This document shows positions 1 through 9,473 of a stretch of 64,000 nucleotides of DNA, piece by piece (the first letter of the stretch is position 1; every line of letters starts with the position of its first letter). This DNA is from Stellaceae bacterium (lineage in GTDB: Bacteria > Pseudomonadota > Alphaproteobacteria > ATCC43930 > CGMCC-115725): assembly GCA_035538335.1 (NCBI GenBank), contig DATLKN010000025.1:42611-106610 (forward strand). Direction: 5' to 3'. The position numbers and the translations under genes are program-made. The notes under the pieces were generated by a model. It was not told where the DNA came from, searched no databases, and saw only the letters and a list, made by a program, of their open reading frames with translations.

Positions 1-1301
1 GCGGCGAGATCGCGGCCTTCCCACGGGCTGTAGTCGGCCTCGTGCATCTCGGCGGCATGCACGACGTGCCGCCGGCGGGGGTCGAGCACGACGATGTCGG
101 CGTCCGAGCCGACCGCGAGCGCCCCCTTCCGCGGATAGAGCCCCATGATCTTCGCCGCGTTGGTCGAGACAAGGCCGACGAAATCCTCGAGGCCGCGGCC
201 GCGCTTCTCGACCGTCTCGGTGTAGATCAGCGAGAGGCGCGGCTCGACCCCGGCATTGCCGCCCGTCGTGTCGTCGATCCGCCTTCCCTGCAATTTGATG
301 CGCAAGGGACAGCAGATCTCGTCGGTGGCGACGGTCTGGATGGCGCCGTGGTCGGTCGCCGCCCACAGCGCCGCATGGTCCTCGGCGAATTTGAGCGAGG
401 GGTAGGTGTGGTAGATCTGCCCGTTCGGGCGCTTGTAGTCTTCCGCCGAGTAGAGCAGGTACTGGTGCAATGTCTCGCCGTAAATCGGCGTGCCCCTGGC
501 TCGCGCCGCGGCGATCGCCGTGACGCCGGTCTTGGCGGAGGTGTGCATCATGTAGAGCGCGGCGCCCTCGATGTTGGCGGCGAGCCGGATCACCCGGTTG
601 AACGACAGATCCTCCGACAGCGTGTTGTGCACCTCGGCCATGTTCTCGAAGCCGGTGCGCTCCTCGCGGAACAACTTCTCGTACATGTGCATGACGATGT
701 CGTTGTCCTCGGCGTGGATGGCGGCGATGCCGCCCGCCTTCGCCAGCACCTTCAGGACTTCCCAGATGTCGCCGAAATCGACCATGCGGCCCTTGCGCGA
801 GGGCGTGATGTCGGTCGTGAAGATCTTGACGCTGGCATGCCCCGCCGCGACCGCCTCGGCGAGCTGCGGCAAGAGCTCCGGAGCGATCTTGCCCTGGATC
901 ATCGTGTGGAAGGCGTAGTCGCAACAGCAGTCGCCGGCCCATTCCTGCTGCCGCCGCTCGATCGCGCTCTGCACCGTGTCGGCGGCCTCGACGAGCGCGA
1001 AATCGATGATCGTGGTGGTGCCGCCGTGGAGCGCGGCCTCGCTGACCCGCGCCGGGCCTTCGGTCATGTGGTGCTGCGTGGTGCCCGGCACGATGACCGG
1101 CCAGCGGCAATGCACGTGCGGGTCGATGCCGCCGGGGATGACGATCTGCCCCGCCGCGTCGACGACCCGGCCGGCCCCGAGCGCGGCAAGGCTGCCCGGC
1201 GCGCCGATCGCGGCGATCTTGCCGCCCGCGACGCCGATATCGGCCTTCTCGGCGCCTGAGGGCAGCACGGCAAGCCCTGACGAAACGACGACATCAAGCA
1301 T
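1..1301 (-). CDS. D-hydantoinase / dihydropyrimidinase (cyclic amidohydrolase); the C-terminus runs off the window
   Basis: Absent from the ORF track because it is open at the window edge. Reverse translation from the ATG (complement 1299-1301), with GGAGGG 5 nt upstream, gives MLDVVVSSGLAVLPSGAEKADIGVAGGKIAAIG...IPGGIDPHVH...AIHAEDNDIV...VATDEICC...GSDADIVVLDP. The HxH metal motif and overall order are typical of D-hydantoinases. Confidence 0.85.
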   Translation of the reverse strand, partial: MLDVVVSSGLAVLPSGAEKADIGVAGGKIAAIGAPGSLAALGAGRVVDAAGQIVIPGGIDPHVHCRWPVIVPGTTQHHMTEGPARVSEAALHGGTTTIIDFALVEAADTVQSAIERRQQEWAGDCCCDYAFHTMIQGKIAPELLPQLAEAVAAGHASVKIFTTDITPSRKGRMVDFGDIWEVLKVLAKAGGIAAIHAEDNDIVMHMYEKLFREERTGFENMAEVHNTLSEDLSFNRVIRLAANIEGAALYMMHTSAKTGVTAIAAARARGTPIYGETLHQYLLYSAEDYKRPNGQIYHTYPSLKFAEDHAALWAATDHGAIQTVATDEICCPLRIKLQGRRIDDTTGGNAGVEPRLSLIYTETVEKRGRGLEDFVGLVSTNAAKIMGLYPRKGALAVGSDADIVVLDPRRRHVVHAAEMHEADYSPWEGRDLA

Positions 1302-1310
1302 CGGACCCTC

Positions 1311-2306
1311 CTATCGGGAAAGCGAAGTGGCGATGACCGGCGCGGCGCCGGCGAAGCGGTCGAGGATTTCCGCGCGCGGGATCTCGTGAACGACGAAGAC
1401 GAGGCGCGAGCGGCGGTCCTCGCCGGGCCACGCGTCGAGCCATTCCGGGGCGTAGAGCGCGTGCTGCGCCGCCTGCACCAGCGCCGGGCGCGCGGGCGCG
1501 TCGGCGAAGGCGAGAATACCCTTCACGCGCAGCAGATCGGCGCCGCGGGCGCGCGCCAGCTCGCCGAGCGCGCGGGCGAAGTCGAGCCGGCTGATCGCCC
1601 CTTCGAGGACGAGGGCGAAGGCGTCGATGCCGTGGCTGTGCGCCGCATGCTCGCCATGCTCCTCACCCTCCCACAGCCTCGCCGCGGGCGCGCGAGGAGC
1701 ACTCGAAGCGAACAACAATTCGCCGGGATCGCAGGCGACGCCCTCGACGCGCTCGGCGCCCGGGTTGAGCGCGTCGAGGCGGCCCGTCAGCGCCGGGCCG
1801 GCAGCGGCGAGATCGGTCTTGCTGATCGCGATGAGATCGGCGACCGCCGCTTGGCGCGCCGCCTCGGCGAAGCGGTCGAGGATGGCGGCGCCGGCGACGG
1901 CGTCGATCACCGTGACGACGCGCGCGAGGCCGAGCCGCGCGTCCAGCATCGGGTCGGCGGCGAGCGTGTAGAGGATCGGCGCCGGGTCGGCGAGCCCCGA
2001 GGTTTCGATCGCCAGCCGCCGGAAGGGCTTGATCGCGCCCGCCTCGCGCCGTTCGAAGAGGTCGCGCAGCGTGCGCGCCAGATCCTCGCGCACGGCACAG
2101 CACAGGCAGCCGCCGGGCAATTCGAGGACGCTGCCCTCGACAAAGTTCACGATGTGGTGGTCGATCGCGATCTCGCCGACTTCATTGATGATGACGGCGG
2201 TGTCGGCGAGCGCGGGCGAGGCGAGCGCGCGGCGCAGCAGCGTCGTCTTGCCGCTGCCGAGAAAGCCGGTCAACAGGGTGGTCGGCAGAACGCCCCGCCC
2301 GTCCAT
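1311..2306 (-). CDS. COG0523 / CobW-family G3E GTPase metallochaperone
   Basis: P-loop GFLGSGKTTLL, CxCC motif (GGCLCCAV) and a His-rich stretch EEHGEHAAHSHG. Start chosen at MDGRGV (2306). The stop lies 10 nt before the hydantoinase start, so the two form an operon. Confidence 0.85.
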   Translation of the reverse strand: MDGRGVLPTTLLTGFLGSGKTTLLRRALASPALADTAVIINEVGEIAIDHHIVNFVEGSVLELPGGCLCCAVREDLARTLRDLFERREAGAIKPFRRLAIETSGLADPAPILYTLAADPMLDARLGLARVVTVIDAVAGAAILDRFAEAARQAAVADLIAISKTDLAAAGPALTGRLDALNPGAERVEGVACDPGELLFASSAPRAPAARLWEGEEHGEHAAHSHGIDAFALVLEGAISRLDFARALGELARARGADLLRVKGILAFADAPARPALVQAAQHALYAPEWLDAWPGEDRRSRLVFVVHEIPRAEILDRFAGAAPVIATSLSR

Positions 2307-2441
2307 GCTTGCAGCATAGCACCAAAAGACGCCGCGGCACGCCCGTCTGGGCGCGCCAGAAGGAACGTTGCATTCTTCTTGTGTTATTGGCAAATTGCCG
2401 GCGCCTAACGCAGAATAAGGGCGGGGGAGGACGTTTGCAGG

Positions 2442-3269
2442 ATGATCGCGGAGCCGGCGAAAGAGCCTGAAGGCGCGGCGGACGGTGCGATACTCGTCGT
2501 CGCCGGCGTGTCCAAGCATTTCGGCGGCGTCCGGGCTGTCGATGGCATTTCGCTCTCCGTCGGCCGCGGCCAGATCATGTCGATCATCGGCCCCAACGGC
2601 GCCGGCAAAACGTCGCTCCTCAACATGATCAGCGGCTTCTACCGCCCCGACACCGGCAGCATCACCTTCCAGGGCCGCGACATCACGCGCACCAAGCCGT
2701 CGCGGATCGCCGCGCTCGGCATCGCCCGCACCTTTCAGAACATCGCGCTGTTCGGCGGTATGACGGTGCTCGACAACATTATGCTCGGCCGGCACGTGCG
2801 CATGAAGTCGGGCGTTCTTTCCTCCTTCATTTATTGGGGGCTGGCGCAGCGCGAGGAGGTGCGGCATCGCGCCCGCGTCGAGGAGGTGATCTCGCTGTTG
2901 GAGCTCGAGGATCTGCGCAAGCAGCCGACGAGCGGGCTGGCCTTCGGTCTGCGCAAGCGCGTCGAACTGGCGCGCGCGCTCGCCCTCGACCCGCAGCTCC
3001 TGCTGCTCGACGAACCGATGGGCGGCATGAACCAGGAAGAGAAGGAGGACATGGCGCGCTACATCCTCGAGGTCAATCAGGAGTGGGGGGCGACGATCAT
3101 CCTGATCGAGCACGACATGGCGGTTGTGATGGATATTTCCGACCGGGTGGCGGTATTCGACCATGGTCGCAAGATCGCCGAGGGAACCCCGCGCGAGGTG
3201 CAGCGTGACCCCGACGTGATCCGCGCCTATCTCGGAACCGCCCGCGAGCCCGCCGGAGCCGCCGCGTGA
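2442..3269 (+). CDS. Liv/HAAT-type ABC transporter ATP-binding protein (LivG-like)
   Basis: Walker A GPNGAGKTS, Walker B LLLLDEP, and a LivG-like C-terminus (DPDVIRAYLG). Confidence 0.9.
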   Translation: MIAEPAKEPEGAADGAILVVAGVSKHFGGVRAVDGISLSVGRGQIMSIIGPNGAGKTSLLNMISGFYRPDTGSITFQGRDITRTKPSRIAALGIARTFQNIALFGGMTVLDNIMLGRHVRMKSGVLSSFIYWGLAQREEVRHRARVEEVISLLELEDLRKQPTSGLAFGLRKRVELARALALDPQLLLLDEPMGGMNQEEKEDMARYILEVNQEWGATIILIEHDMAVVMDISDRVAVFDHGRKIAEGTPREVQRDPDVIRAYLGTAREPAGAAA

Positions 3270-5200
3270 GCGCCGCCGCGACGTTGCCGCAACTGGTGCG
3301 GCGCAACGCGCGCGAGATGGCCGGCCGGCCGGCGATGCGCGAGAAGGATCTCGGCATCTGGCAGACGCTGAGCTGGGCACAGTACTATGCGGCGATCGGC
3401 GAATTCGCCCTCGGCCTCGCGGCGACGGGCTTCCGGCGCGGCGACAAGCTGACGGTGATCGGCGACAACCGGCCGCACCTCTACATGGCGCAGCTCGCCG
3501 CGCAATGCCTCGGCGGCATCGCCGTGCCGGTCTATCAGGATTCGATCGCCGCCGAGCTGCTCTATGTCTTGAACCACGCCGAGATTTCGGTCGTCGTCGC
3601 CGAAGACCAGGAGCAGGTCGACAAGATCCTGTCACTGAACGAGCAGCTGCCGAACCTGCGGTTGGTAATTTACGACGACCCGCGCGGCATGCTTCGCTAC
3701 GACCTCAGGGGGCTGCATTCCTTCGAAGAGATCACGGCGCAGGGAAAGGCGTTCGGCGCCGCGCATCCGGACTATCTCGACGCCGAGATCGACGCCGGCG
3801 CAGGCAGCGACCTGGCGGTTTTCAGCTACACATCGGGGACGACCGGCCACCCCAAGGGGGTGATGCTGTCGCACCACAATCTGATCTTTACCGCGCAGGC
3901 CTATACCGAGGCCGAAAGCTTCACACCCATCGACGACATGCTTTCCTACCTGCCGATGGCGTGGATCGGCGAGTCGCTGTTCTCGCTGGTGCTGTCGCCC
4001 TTTGTCGGCTTTGCCTGCAACTGCCCGGAACGGCCCGAGACGGTCGGACGCGACCTGCGCGAGCTGGGGCCGCGGCTGCTCGTCGGGCCGCCGCGGGTGT
4101 GGGAGAACATGCTGACCTCGGTGCGCATCCGGGCGGGCGACGCGAGCCGGCTCAAGCGCCGCGCCTTCGATTTCTTCCGCGCCCTCGCCGAGCGGGCGGA
4201 AGCCGCGCGCAGCGCCGGCGGCCGCCCCTCGCCGTGGCAGCGCCTCGGCCTCGCGCTCGGCGAATTCTTCGTCTACCGCCCGGTGCGCGACCAGCTCGGC
4301 CTCGCGCGGACGCGCTTCGTCTACACCGGCGGCGCGCCGCTCGGCCCCGACACGTTCCGTTTCTTCCGCTCCTTCGGCATCAACATCAAGGAGGTGTGGG
4401 GCGCGACCGAACTCGCCGGGGTCGCCTCGGTGCAGCCCGACGGCGAAGCCGACCCCGACACGGTTGGCCGCATGCTGCCCGGCAGCGAGGTGCGCATCGC
4501 CGAGGACGGCGAGGTGCAGGTGCGCTCGGAAGGGCTCTTCGTCGGCTACTACCGGCAACCCGAGGCGACGGCCGCGGCATTGACCGAGGACGGCTGGTTC
4601 CGCTCTGGCGATTCCGGCTTCATTGACGCTCGCGGCCATCTCGTCATCATCGACCGCGCGAAGGACGTCGGACGGCTCTCCGACGGCACGCCGTTCGCCC
4701 CGCAATTCGTCGAGAACAAGCTGAAGTTCAGCCCGTTCATCGGCGAAGTCGTCGCCTTCGGCGACCGCCTGCCGTTTGTCGCAGCGATCGTCGCGATCGA
4801 CCGCGGCACGGTCGGCAGCTGGGCCGAGCGGCACAGCCTCGCCTATACCTCGTTCCAGGATCTGAGCGCCAAGCCCGAGATCCGGCAGTTGATCGCGGCC
4901 GAGATCGTGCAGACCAACGCGGGCCTGCCCGCGGCCGCGCGGATCCGCCGCTTCCTCCTGCTCAACAAGGAATTCGACGCCGACGACAACGAAATCACCC
5001 GCACTCGCAAGATCCGCCGCCGCTTTGTCGCCGAAAAATACGCTGCGATCGTCGAGGCGCTCTACGGCGGCGCCGAGGAGATCGAAGTGTCGAGCGAGAT
5101 CACCTTCGAGGACGGGCGCAAGGCGACGATCACCTCGCGGCTCGCGATCGCCGACGTCGAGGACGGCGCACCGGCGGCGCGGGAACCCGCCTATGCATGA
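3266..5200 (+). CDS. AMP-dependent acyl-CoA synthetase/ligase embedded in the ABC operon
   Basis: AMP-binding motif SYTSGTTGHPKGVMLSHHN. GTGA start/stop overlap with the upstream ATPase gene. Its stop overlaps the start of the next permease gene. Confidence 0.9.
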   Translation: MSAAATLPQLVRRNAREMAGRPAMREKDLGIWQTLSWAQYYAAIGEFALGLAATGFRRGDKLTVIGDNRPHLYMAQLAAQCLGGIAVPVYQDSIAAELLYVLNHAEISVVVAEDQEQVDKILSLNEQLPNLRLVIYDDPRGMLRYDLRGLHSFEEITAQGKAFGAAHPDYLDAEIDAGAGSDLAVFSYTSGTTGHPKGVMLSHHNLIFTAQAYTEAESFTPIDDMLSYLPMAWIGESLFSLVLSPFVGFACNCPERPETVGRDLRELGPRLLVGPPRVWENMLTSVRIRAGDASRLKRRAFDFFRALAERAEAARSAGGRPSPWQRLGLALGEFFVYRPVRDQLGLARTRFVYTGGAPLGPDTFRFFRSFGINIKEVWGATELAGVASVQPDGEADPDTVGRMLPGSEVRIAEDGEVQVRSEGLFVGYYRQPEATAAALTEDGWFRSGDSGFIDARGHLVIIDRAKDVGRLSDGTPFAPQFVENKLKFSPFIGEVVAFGDRLPFVAAIVAIDRGTVGSWAERHSLAYTSFQDLSAKPEIRQLIAAEIVQTNAGLPAAARIRRFLLLNKEFDADDNEITRTRKIRRRFVAEKYAAIVEALYGGAEEIEVSSEITFEDGRKATITSRLAIADVEDGAPAAREPAYA

Positions 5201-6092
5201 TTTCCCCTGGCGGTTTTTCTTTATCCTCCTAGCGAACGGAGTGCTCGTCGGGTCGATGTATGCGCTCGTCGCGCTCGGCTTCGTGTTGATCTACAAGGCC
5301 ACCGACGCGATCAATTTCGCGCAGGGCGAGTTCGTCATGTTCGCCGGCTTTCTCGCCGCCGGCGCCGCCAACCTCGCCGGCGCGCCGTGGTGGCTGAGCA
5401 CGCTCTTGTCGATCGCCGGCATGGTCGCCCTCGCTTTCGGCCTCGAACGCGTCGTGCTGCGCCCCCTGTTGGGGCGCCCGATCATCGCCGTCATCATGGC
5501 GACGATCGGGCTCGCGGCGGTATTGCGCGGCACCGCGACGCTCGCCTTCGGCGGCGGCACGCAGGCCATTCCGCTGCCGATCGGCGGCTCGCCGTTTCTC
5601 TTGGGGCCGCTGATCCTGCCGCCGATCGAGATCGTCGGGGCCGCCGTCAGCCTCGCCTTTCTCGCCGGCTTCGCCTGGTTCTTTCTGAAGAGCCGCATCG
5701 GCATCGCAATGCGGGCGGTCGCCGACAACCAGCAGGTGGCGCTGGCGATGGGCATCGACGTGCGGCGCTACTTCGCGCTCGCCTGGGGCATGGGGGGCGT
5801 CGTCTCGGCGCTGGGCGGTATCTTGTGGGGCTCGATGCTCGGGGTCGACAACCAGTTGGCGCTGGTCGGGCTCAAGGTCTTCCCGGTGATGATCCTCGGC
5901 GGGCTCGATTCGATCCTCGGCGCCGTCGTCGGCGGCCTCGTCGTCGGCGTCGTCGAGAGCCTAGCTGCCGGCTTTCTCGATCCGATGGTCGGCGGCGGCA
6001 CCAAGGATTTTGTCCCGTACCTGCTGATGATCGCGGTCTTGATGGTGCGGCCCGAAGGCATGTTCGGGCGCCGCCGCATCGAGCGCGTCTAG
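5193..6092 (+). CDS. Liv-type ABC permease (LivH-like)
   Basis: Start at MHDFPWRFFFILLANGVLVGSMYALVALGFVLIYKATDAINFAQGEF. The longer 355-aa ORF has an Arg/Pro-rich non-coding-like N-terminus. Multi-pass hydrophobic protein. Confidence 0.9.
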   Translation: MHDFPWRFFFILLANGVLVGSMYALVALGFVLIYKATDAINFAQGEFVMFAGFLAAGAANLAGAPWWLSTLLSIAGMVALAFGLERVVLRPLLGRPIIAVIMATIGLAAVLRGTATLAFGGGTQAIPLPIGGSPFLLGPLILPPIEIVGAAVSLAFLAGFAWFFLKSRIGIAMRAVADNQQVALAMGIDVRRYFALAWGMGGVVSALGGILWGSMLGVDNQLALVGLKVFPVMILGGLDSILGAVVGGLVVGVVESLAAGFLDPMVGGGTKDFVPYLLMIAVLMVRPEGMFGRRRIERV

Positions 6093-6110
6093 GGAAAGGC
6101 GCGAGCAGCG

Positions 6111-7178
6111 ATGTTTCACCGCGAGACCGGCGTCTTCAAATCGACCTACGCCGCCGACATGGCGCTCTACCCGCTGCCGATTGCGCAATGGGCCTTAGCC
6201 GGCGTCGCGATCGCCTTCCTCTTCCTCGTGCCGTACCTCTTCAGCGACTACATGGTGACGATCACCAACCTGATTCTTGTCGCGGTGGTCGGCGCGCTCG
6301 GGCTCAACATCCTCGTCGGCTATACCGGGCAGGTGTCGGTCGGCCACGCCGCCTTCATGTCGGTCGGCGCCTACACGGCCGCCAACCTCGTGACCCGCCT
6401 CGACGCGCCGTTCTGGATCGCGATCCCGGCCGGCGGGCTGATGGCGGCGCTGATCGGCGGCATCGTCGGCATACCCTCGCTGCGCATCAAGGGGCTCTAC
6501 CTCGCGATCGCGACGCTCGCCGCGCAGTTCATCATCGAGTGGACCATCAACCACGTGCATTACATCTCGGGCGGCGTCGACGCCTCGATCCAGGTGCCGC
6601 CGCCGGTCGTTTTCGGGACGAAGCTCGTAACCCAGCGGCAGCTCTACTTTTTCCTGCTGTTCTTTGCCGCGCTCGCGATCGTCGCGACGCAGAACTTGAT
6701 GCGCAGCCGCATTGGGCGCGCCTTCATCGCGGTGCGCGACCAGGACATCGCGGCCGAGATCATCGGCATCAACACCTTCCGCTACAAGCTCGAGGCGTTC
6801 GCGATCTCATCGTTCTACGCCGGCGTCGCCGGTGTTCTCTACACCTACTATCTCGGCATCGCCAATTACGAGCAGTTCGGCATCGACGTGTCGATCGACT
6901 ATCTGGCGATGATCATCATCGGCGGGCTCGGCTCGATCCTGGGCTCGATTTTCGGCGCCATCTTCATTACCGTGCTGCCGGAAGCGACCCGCCTGTTTCT
7001 GCAAAATTTCGGCGGATTGTTCTTTTCCCAAGGCTCAATTCTAAACATAATTCCAAATCTGAGATTGATCCTTTTCGGAGCCTTAATCATTTTTTTTTTG
7101 GTTCTTGAGCCCGAAGGCCTCAACCGGCTATGGAGAAATATTAGAAATTATTTCCGTGTTTGGCCATTTTCCTACTGA
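6111..7178 (+). CDS. Liv-type ABC permease (LivM-like)
   Basis: Hydrophobic multi-pass protein with GYTGQVSVGHAAFMSVGAY, typical of LivM. Confidence 0.9.
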   Translation: MFHRETGVFKSTYAADMALYPLPIAQWALAGVAIAFLFLVPYLFSDYMVTITNLILVAVVGALGLNILVGYTGQVSVGHAAFMSVGAYTAANLVTRLDAPFWIAIPAGGLMAALIGGIVGIPSLRIKGLYLAIATLAAQFIIEWTINHVHYISGGVDASIQVPPPVVFGTKLVTQRQLYFFLLFFAALAIVATQNLMRSRIGRAFIAVRDQDIAAEIIGINTFRYKLEAFAISSFYAGVAGVLYTYYLGIANYEQFGIDVSIDYLAMIIIGGLGSILGSIFGAIFITVLPEATRLFLQNFGGLFFSQGSILNIIPNLRLILFGALIIFFLVLEPEGLNRLWRNIRNYFRVWPFSY

Positions 7179-7221
7179 ACAACGTGACGTGCATGACGAC
7201 TTCAAAGAGGGAGGTAGCGAC

Positions 7222-8478
7222 ATGAGAACCGCATCGGCAAGGCTCTGTTTGCTCTCGCTGGGAGCGGCGGGCCTGTTCTGGGCAGGGGCGGCGCAGGCCG
7301 CGCAAAAGACGATCATCATCGGCATGCAGTGCGACCGCACCGGGCCGACGCAGATCGTCGGCACCGTGCTGTGCCCCGGCCTTCACGACTACATCGACCT
7401 GATCAACTCGAAGGGCGGCATCGACGGCTGGAAGATCCAGGTCAACGAGATCGACCACGAGTACAAGGTGCCGCCGGCAGTCGAAGAATACGAGAACGCC
7501 AAGCAGCAGGGCGCGGTCGGCATCATGATCTACGGCACGCCGCAGACGGTCGCGCTCAACCAGCGGCTCGAACAGGACCACATGCCGGCGACCTCGCCCG
7601 GCTTCGGCATCGCCGCCTCGGCGGACGGCAGCTACTACCCGTACCTGTTCCCCGTAGCGGCGACCTATTGGTCGCAGGCGGCGGCGGCCGTCAAATTCGC
7701 CAAAGAGAAGCTCGGCGGCAGCCTCAAGGGAAAGAAGATAGCCTTCATCTTCTTCGACAACCCGGCCGGCCGCGAGCCGCTGCCGATCCTGGAAGCGCTG
7801 CAAAAGCGGGAAGGCTTCCAGATGCAGAGCTTCGCGGTGCCGCCGCCGGGGGTTGACGCCAGCGCCCAGGTGCTGGCGATCAGCCAGCAGTACCGGCCCG
7901 ACTTCGTCATCGACCATACCTTCGGCAAGGCCCCGGCGCTGGTCATCAAGGGGCTGAAGCAGAACGGCTACCCGCTCGACAAGGTGGTCGCGCTGGTGTG
8001 GGCCTCGGGCGAGCCCGACATCAAGGCGGCGGGCGGTTGGAGCCAGGCGCAGGGCTATTACACCATGCAGTTCGCCGGCGCCGGCGAGAACTACCCGGTG
8101 ATCAAGCAGATCAAGGCGATGTACAAGAAGGAGGGCAAGGCGCCACCGGCGGCGATGCAGAACACGGTCTACTACAACCGCGGCATCCTCACGGCGGCGG
8201 TGTGGGTGCGGGCCATCCGCAACGCCTTGACATTGACGCACGGCAAAAAGCCGACCCGCGAAGACGTCAAAAAGGGCTTTGAGATGATCCGGAAGTTCGC
8301 GCTCGGCGGCATCGTCCCGCCGCTGTCGATCACACCGGAGGATCACGAAGGCGGCGGCTGGGTGCAGATCTTCCAGGTCAAGGGAGACGGCTTCCAGAAG
8401 CAGACCCCGTGGTTCCGCGCCTACCGCAAGCTGGTGCTCGACACGGCGAGAAAGACCGCCTCGGTCGCGGCCAAGTAA
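7222..8478 (+). CDS. Periplasmic substrate-binding protein of the Liv-type ABC system
   Basis: ATG at 7222 preceded by GGAGG. Signal peptide MRTASARLCLLSLGAAGLFWAGAAQAAQ. Type-1 periplasmic binding protein-like sequence. Confidence 0.85.
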   Translation: MRTASARLCLLSLGAAGLFWAGAAQAAQKTIIIGMQCDRTGPTQIVGTVLCPGLHDYIDLINSKGGIDGWKIQVNEIDHEYKVPPAVEEYENAKQQGAVGIMIYGTPQTVALNQRLEQDHMPATSPGFGIAASADGSYYPYLFPVAATYWSQAAAAVKFAKEKLGGSLKGKKIAFIFFDNPAGREPLPILEALQKREGFQMQSFAVPPPGVDASAQVLAISQQYRPDFVIDHTFGKAPALVIKGLKQNGYPLDKVVALVWASGEPDIKAAGGWSQAQGYYTMQFAGAGENYPVIKQIKAMYKKEGKAPPAAMQNTVYYNRGILTAAVWVRAIRNALTLTHGKKPTREDVKKGFEMIRKFALGGIVPPLSITPEDHEGGGWVQIFQVKGDGFQKQTPWFRAYRKLVLDTARKTASVAAK

Positions 8479-8493
8479 CACCGAAGCTGGCGG

Positions 8494-8609
8494 CCCCTCA
8501 CCCCGACCCTCTCCCGGCCGGCCCCCACCCTAACCCTCCCCCGCATGCGGGGGAGGGTTAGGGTGGGGGCGGGGAGAGGGAGGGATCCGCGCAGCGGCAG
8601 GGTGAGGGG
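8494..8609. repeat. Compound GC-rich palindrome (repeat family A), intercistronic inside the ABC operon
   Basis: Core perfect palindrome CCCCCACCCTAACCCTCCCCCGCATGCGGGGGAGGGTTAGGGTGGGGG (8522-8569). It is nested inside the outer arms CCCCTCACC (8494) and GGTGAGGGG (8601-8609). Confidence 0.8.
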
Positions 8610-8665
8610 CAGCAAGCGACGGACGATCGGCCGGCCACGGCAGGTACGTCTGCGGAACAGGGGCA

Positions 8666-9460
8666 ATGCTCGCGCTCAACAACATCGAAGTCGTCTATGA
8701 CGGCGTGATCCTCGTCTTGAAGGGGGTGTCGCTGTTCGCCGAGGAGGGGCGGATCACGACTCTGCTCGGCGCCAACGGCGCCGGCAAGACGACGACGCTG
8801 AAGGCGATCTCGGGCCTTCTGCAGAGCGAGCGCGGCGAGGTCACAAAGGGCACCGTCGAGTTGGATGGCGACCGGCTGGATCGGCTGCCGCCGCATGAGG
8901 TCGTGGGGCGCGGCATCTGCCAGGTGTTCGAAGGCCGCCGCGTCTTCGAGAACCTGACGGTCGAGGAGAACCTCGTCGCCGGCGCGCATACGCGCCGTGA
9001 CCGCAGCCGGATAAAGGGCGACATCGAGCGCGTCTATGAAACCTTTCCGGTTTTGCACGAGCGCCGGCATCAGCATTCCGGGTATCTGTCCGGCGGCGAA
9101 CAGCAAATGCTGGCGATCGGCCGGGCGCTGATGTCGGACCCGAAGGTGATCCTTCTCGACGAACCCTCGCTGGGCCTTGCGCCGCTGCTCGTCGAGGAGA
9201 TTTTCGGCATCATCCGCCGGCTGCGCGACGAGCGCGGGCTGACGGTACTGCTCGTCGAGCAGAACGCGACGCTGGCGCTCGACATCGCCGACCATGGCTA
9301 TGTCATGGAAACCGGCCGCATCGTGCTCGAAGGCCCGGCCGCGGCGCTGCGCCAGAACTCCGACATCAAGGAATTCTATCTGGGGCTCAACGAACTCGGC
9401 GCGCGCCGCTCCTACCGCGATCTGAAGCACTACCGGCGGCGCAAGCGCTGGCTGTCGTGA
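8666..9460 (+). CDS. Liv-type ABC transporter ATP-binding protein (LivF-like)
   Basis: Walker A GANGAGKTTTLK, signature LSGGEQQML, Walker B ILLDEPS. Confidence 0.9.
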   Translation: MLALNNIEVVYDGVILVLKGVSLFAEEGRITTLLGANGAGKTTTLKAISGLLQSERGEVTKGTVELDGDRLDRLPPHEVVGRGICQVFEGRRVFENLTVEENLVAGAHTRRDRSRIKGDIERVYETFPVLHERRHQHSGYLSGGEQQMLAIGRALMSDPKVILLDEPSLGLAPLLVEEIFGIIRRLRDERGLTVLLVEQNATLALDIADHGYVMETGRIVLEGPAAALRQNSDIKEFYLGLNELGARRSYRDLKHYRRRKRWLS

Positions 9461-9473
9461 GGGAGGGACGGGC

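Noticed and set aside
2307-3635. N-terminal 440-aa extension of the COG0523 gene (774-aa track ORF).
   Set aside because: The extension is antisense to the LivG-like and ligase genes and is Arg/Pro/Ala-rich. The GTPase family starts at the P-loop close to MDGRGV (2306).
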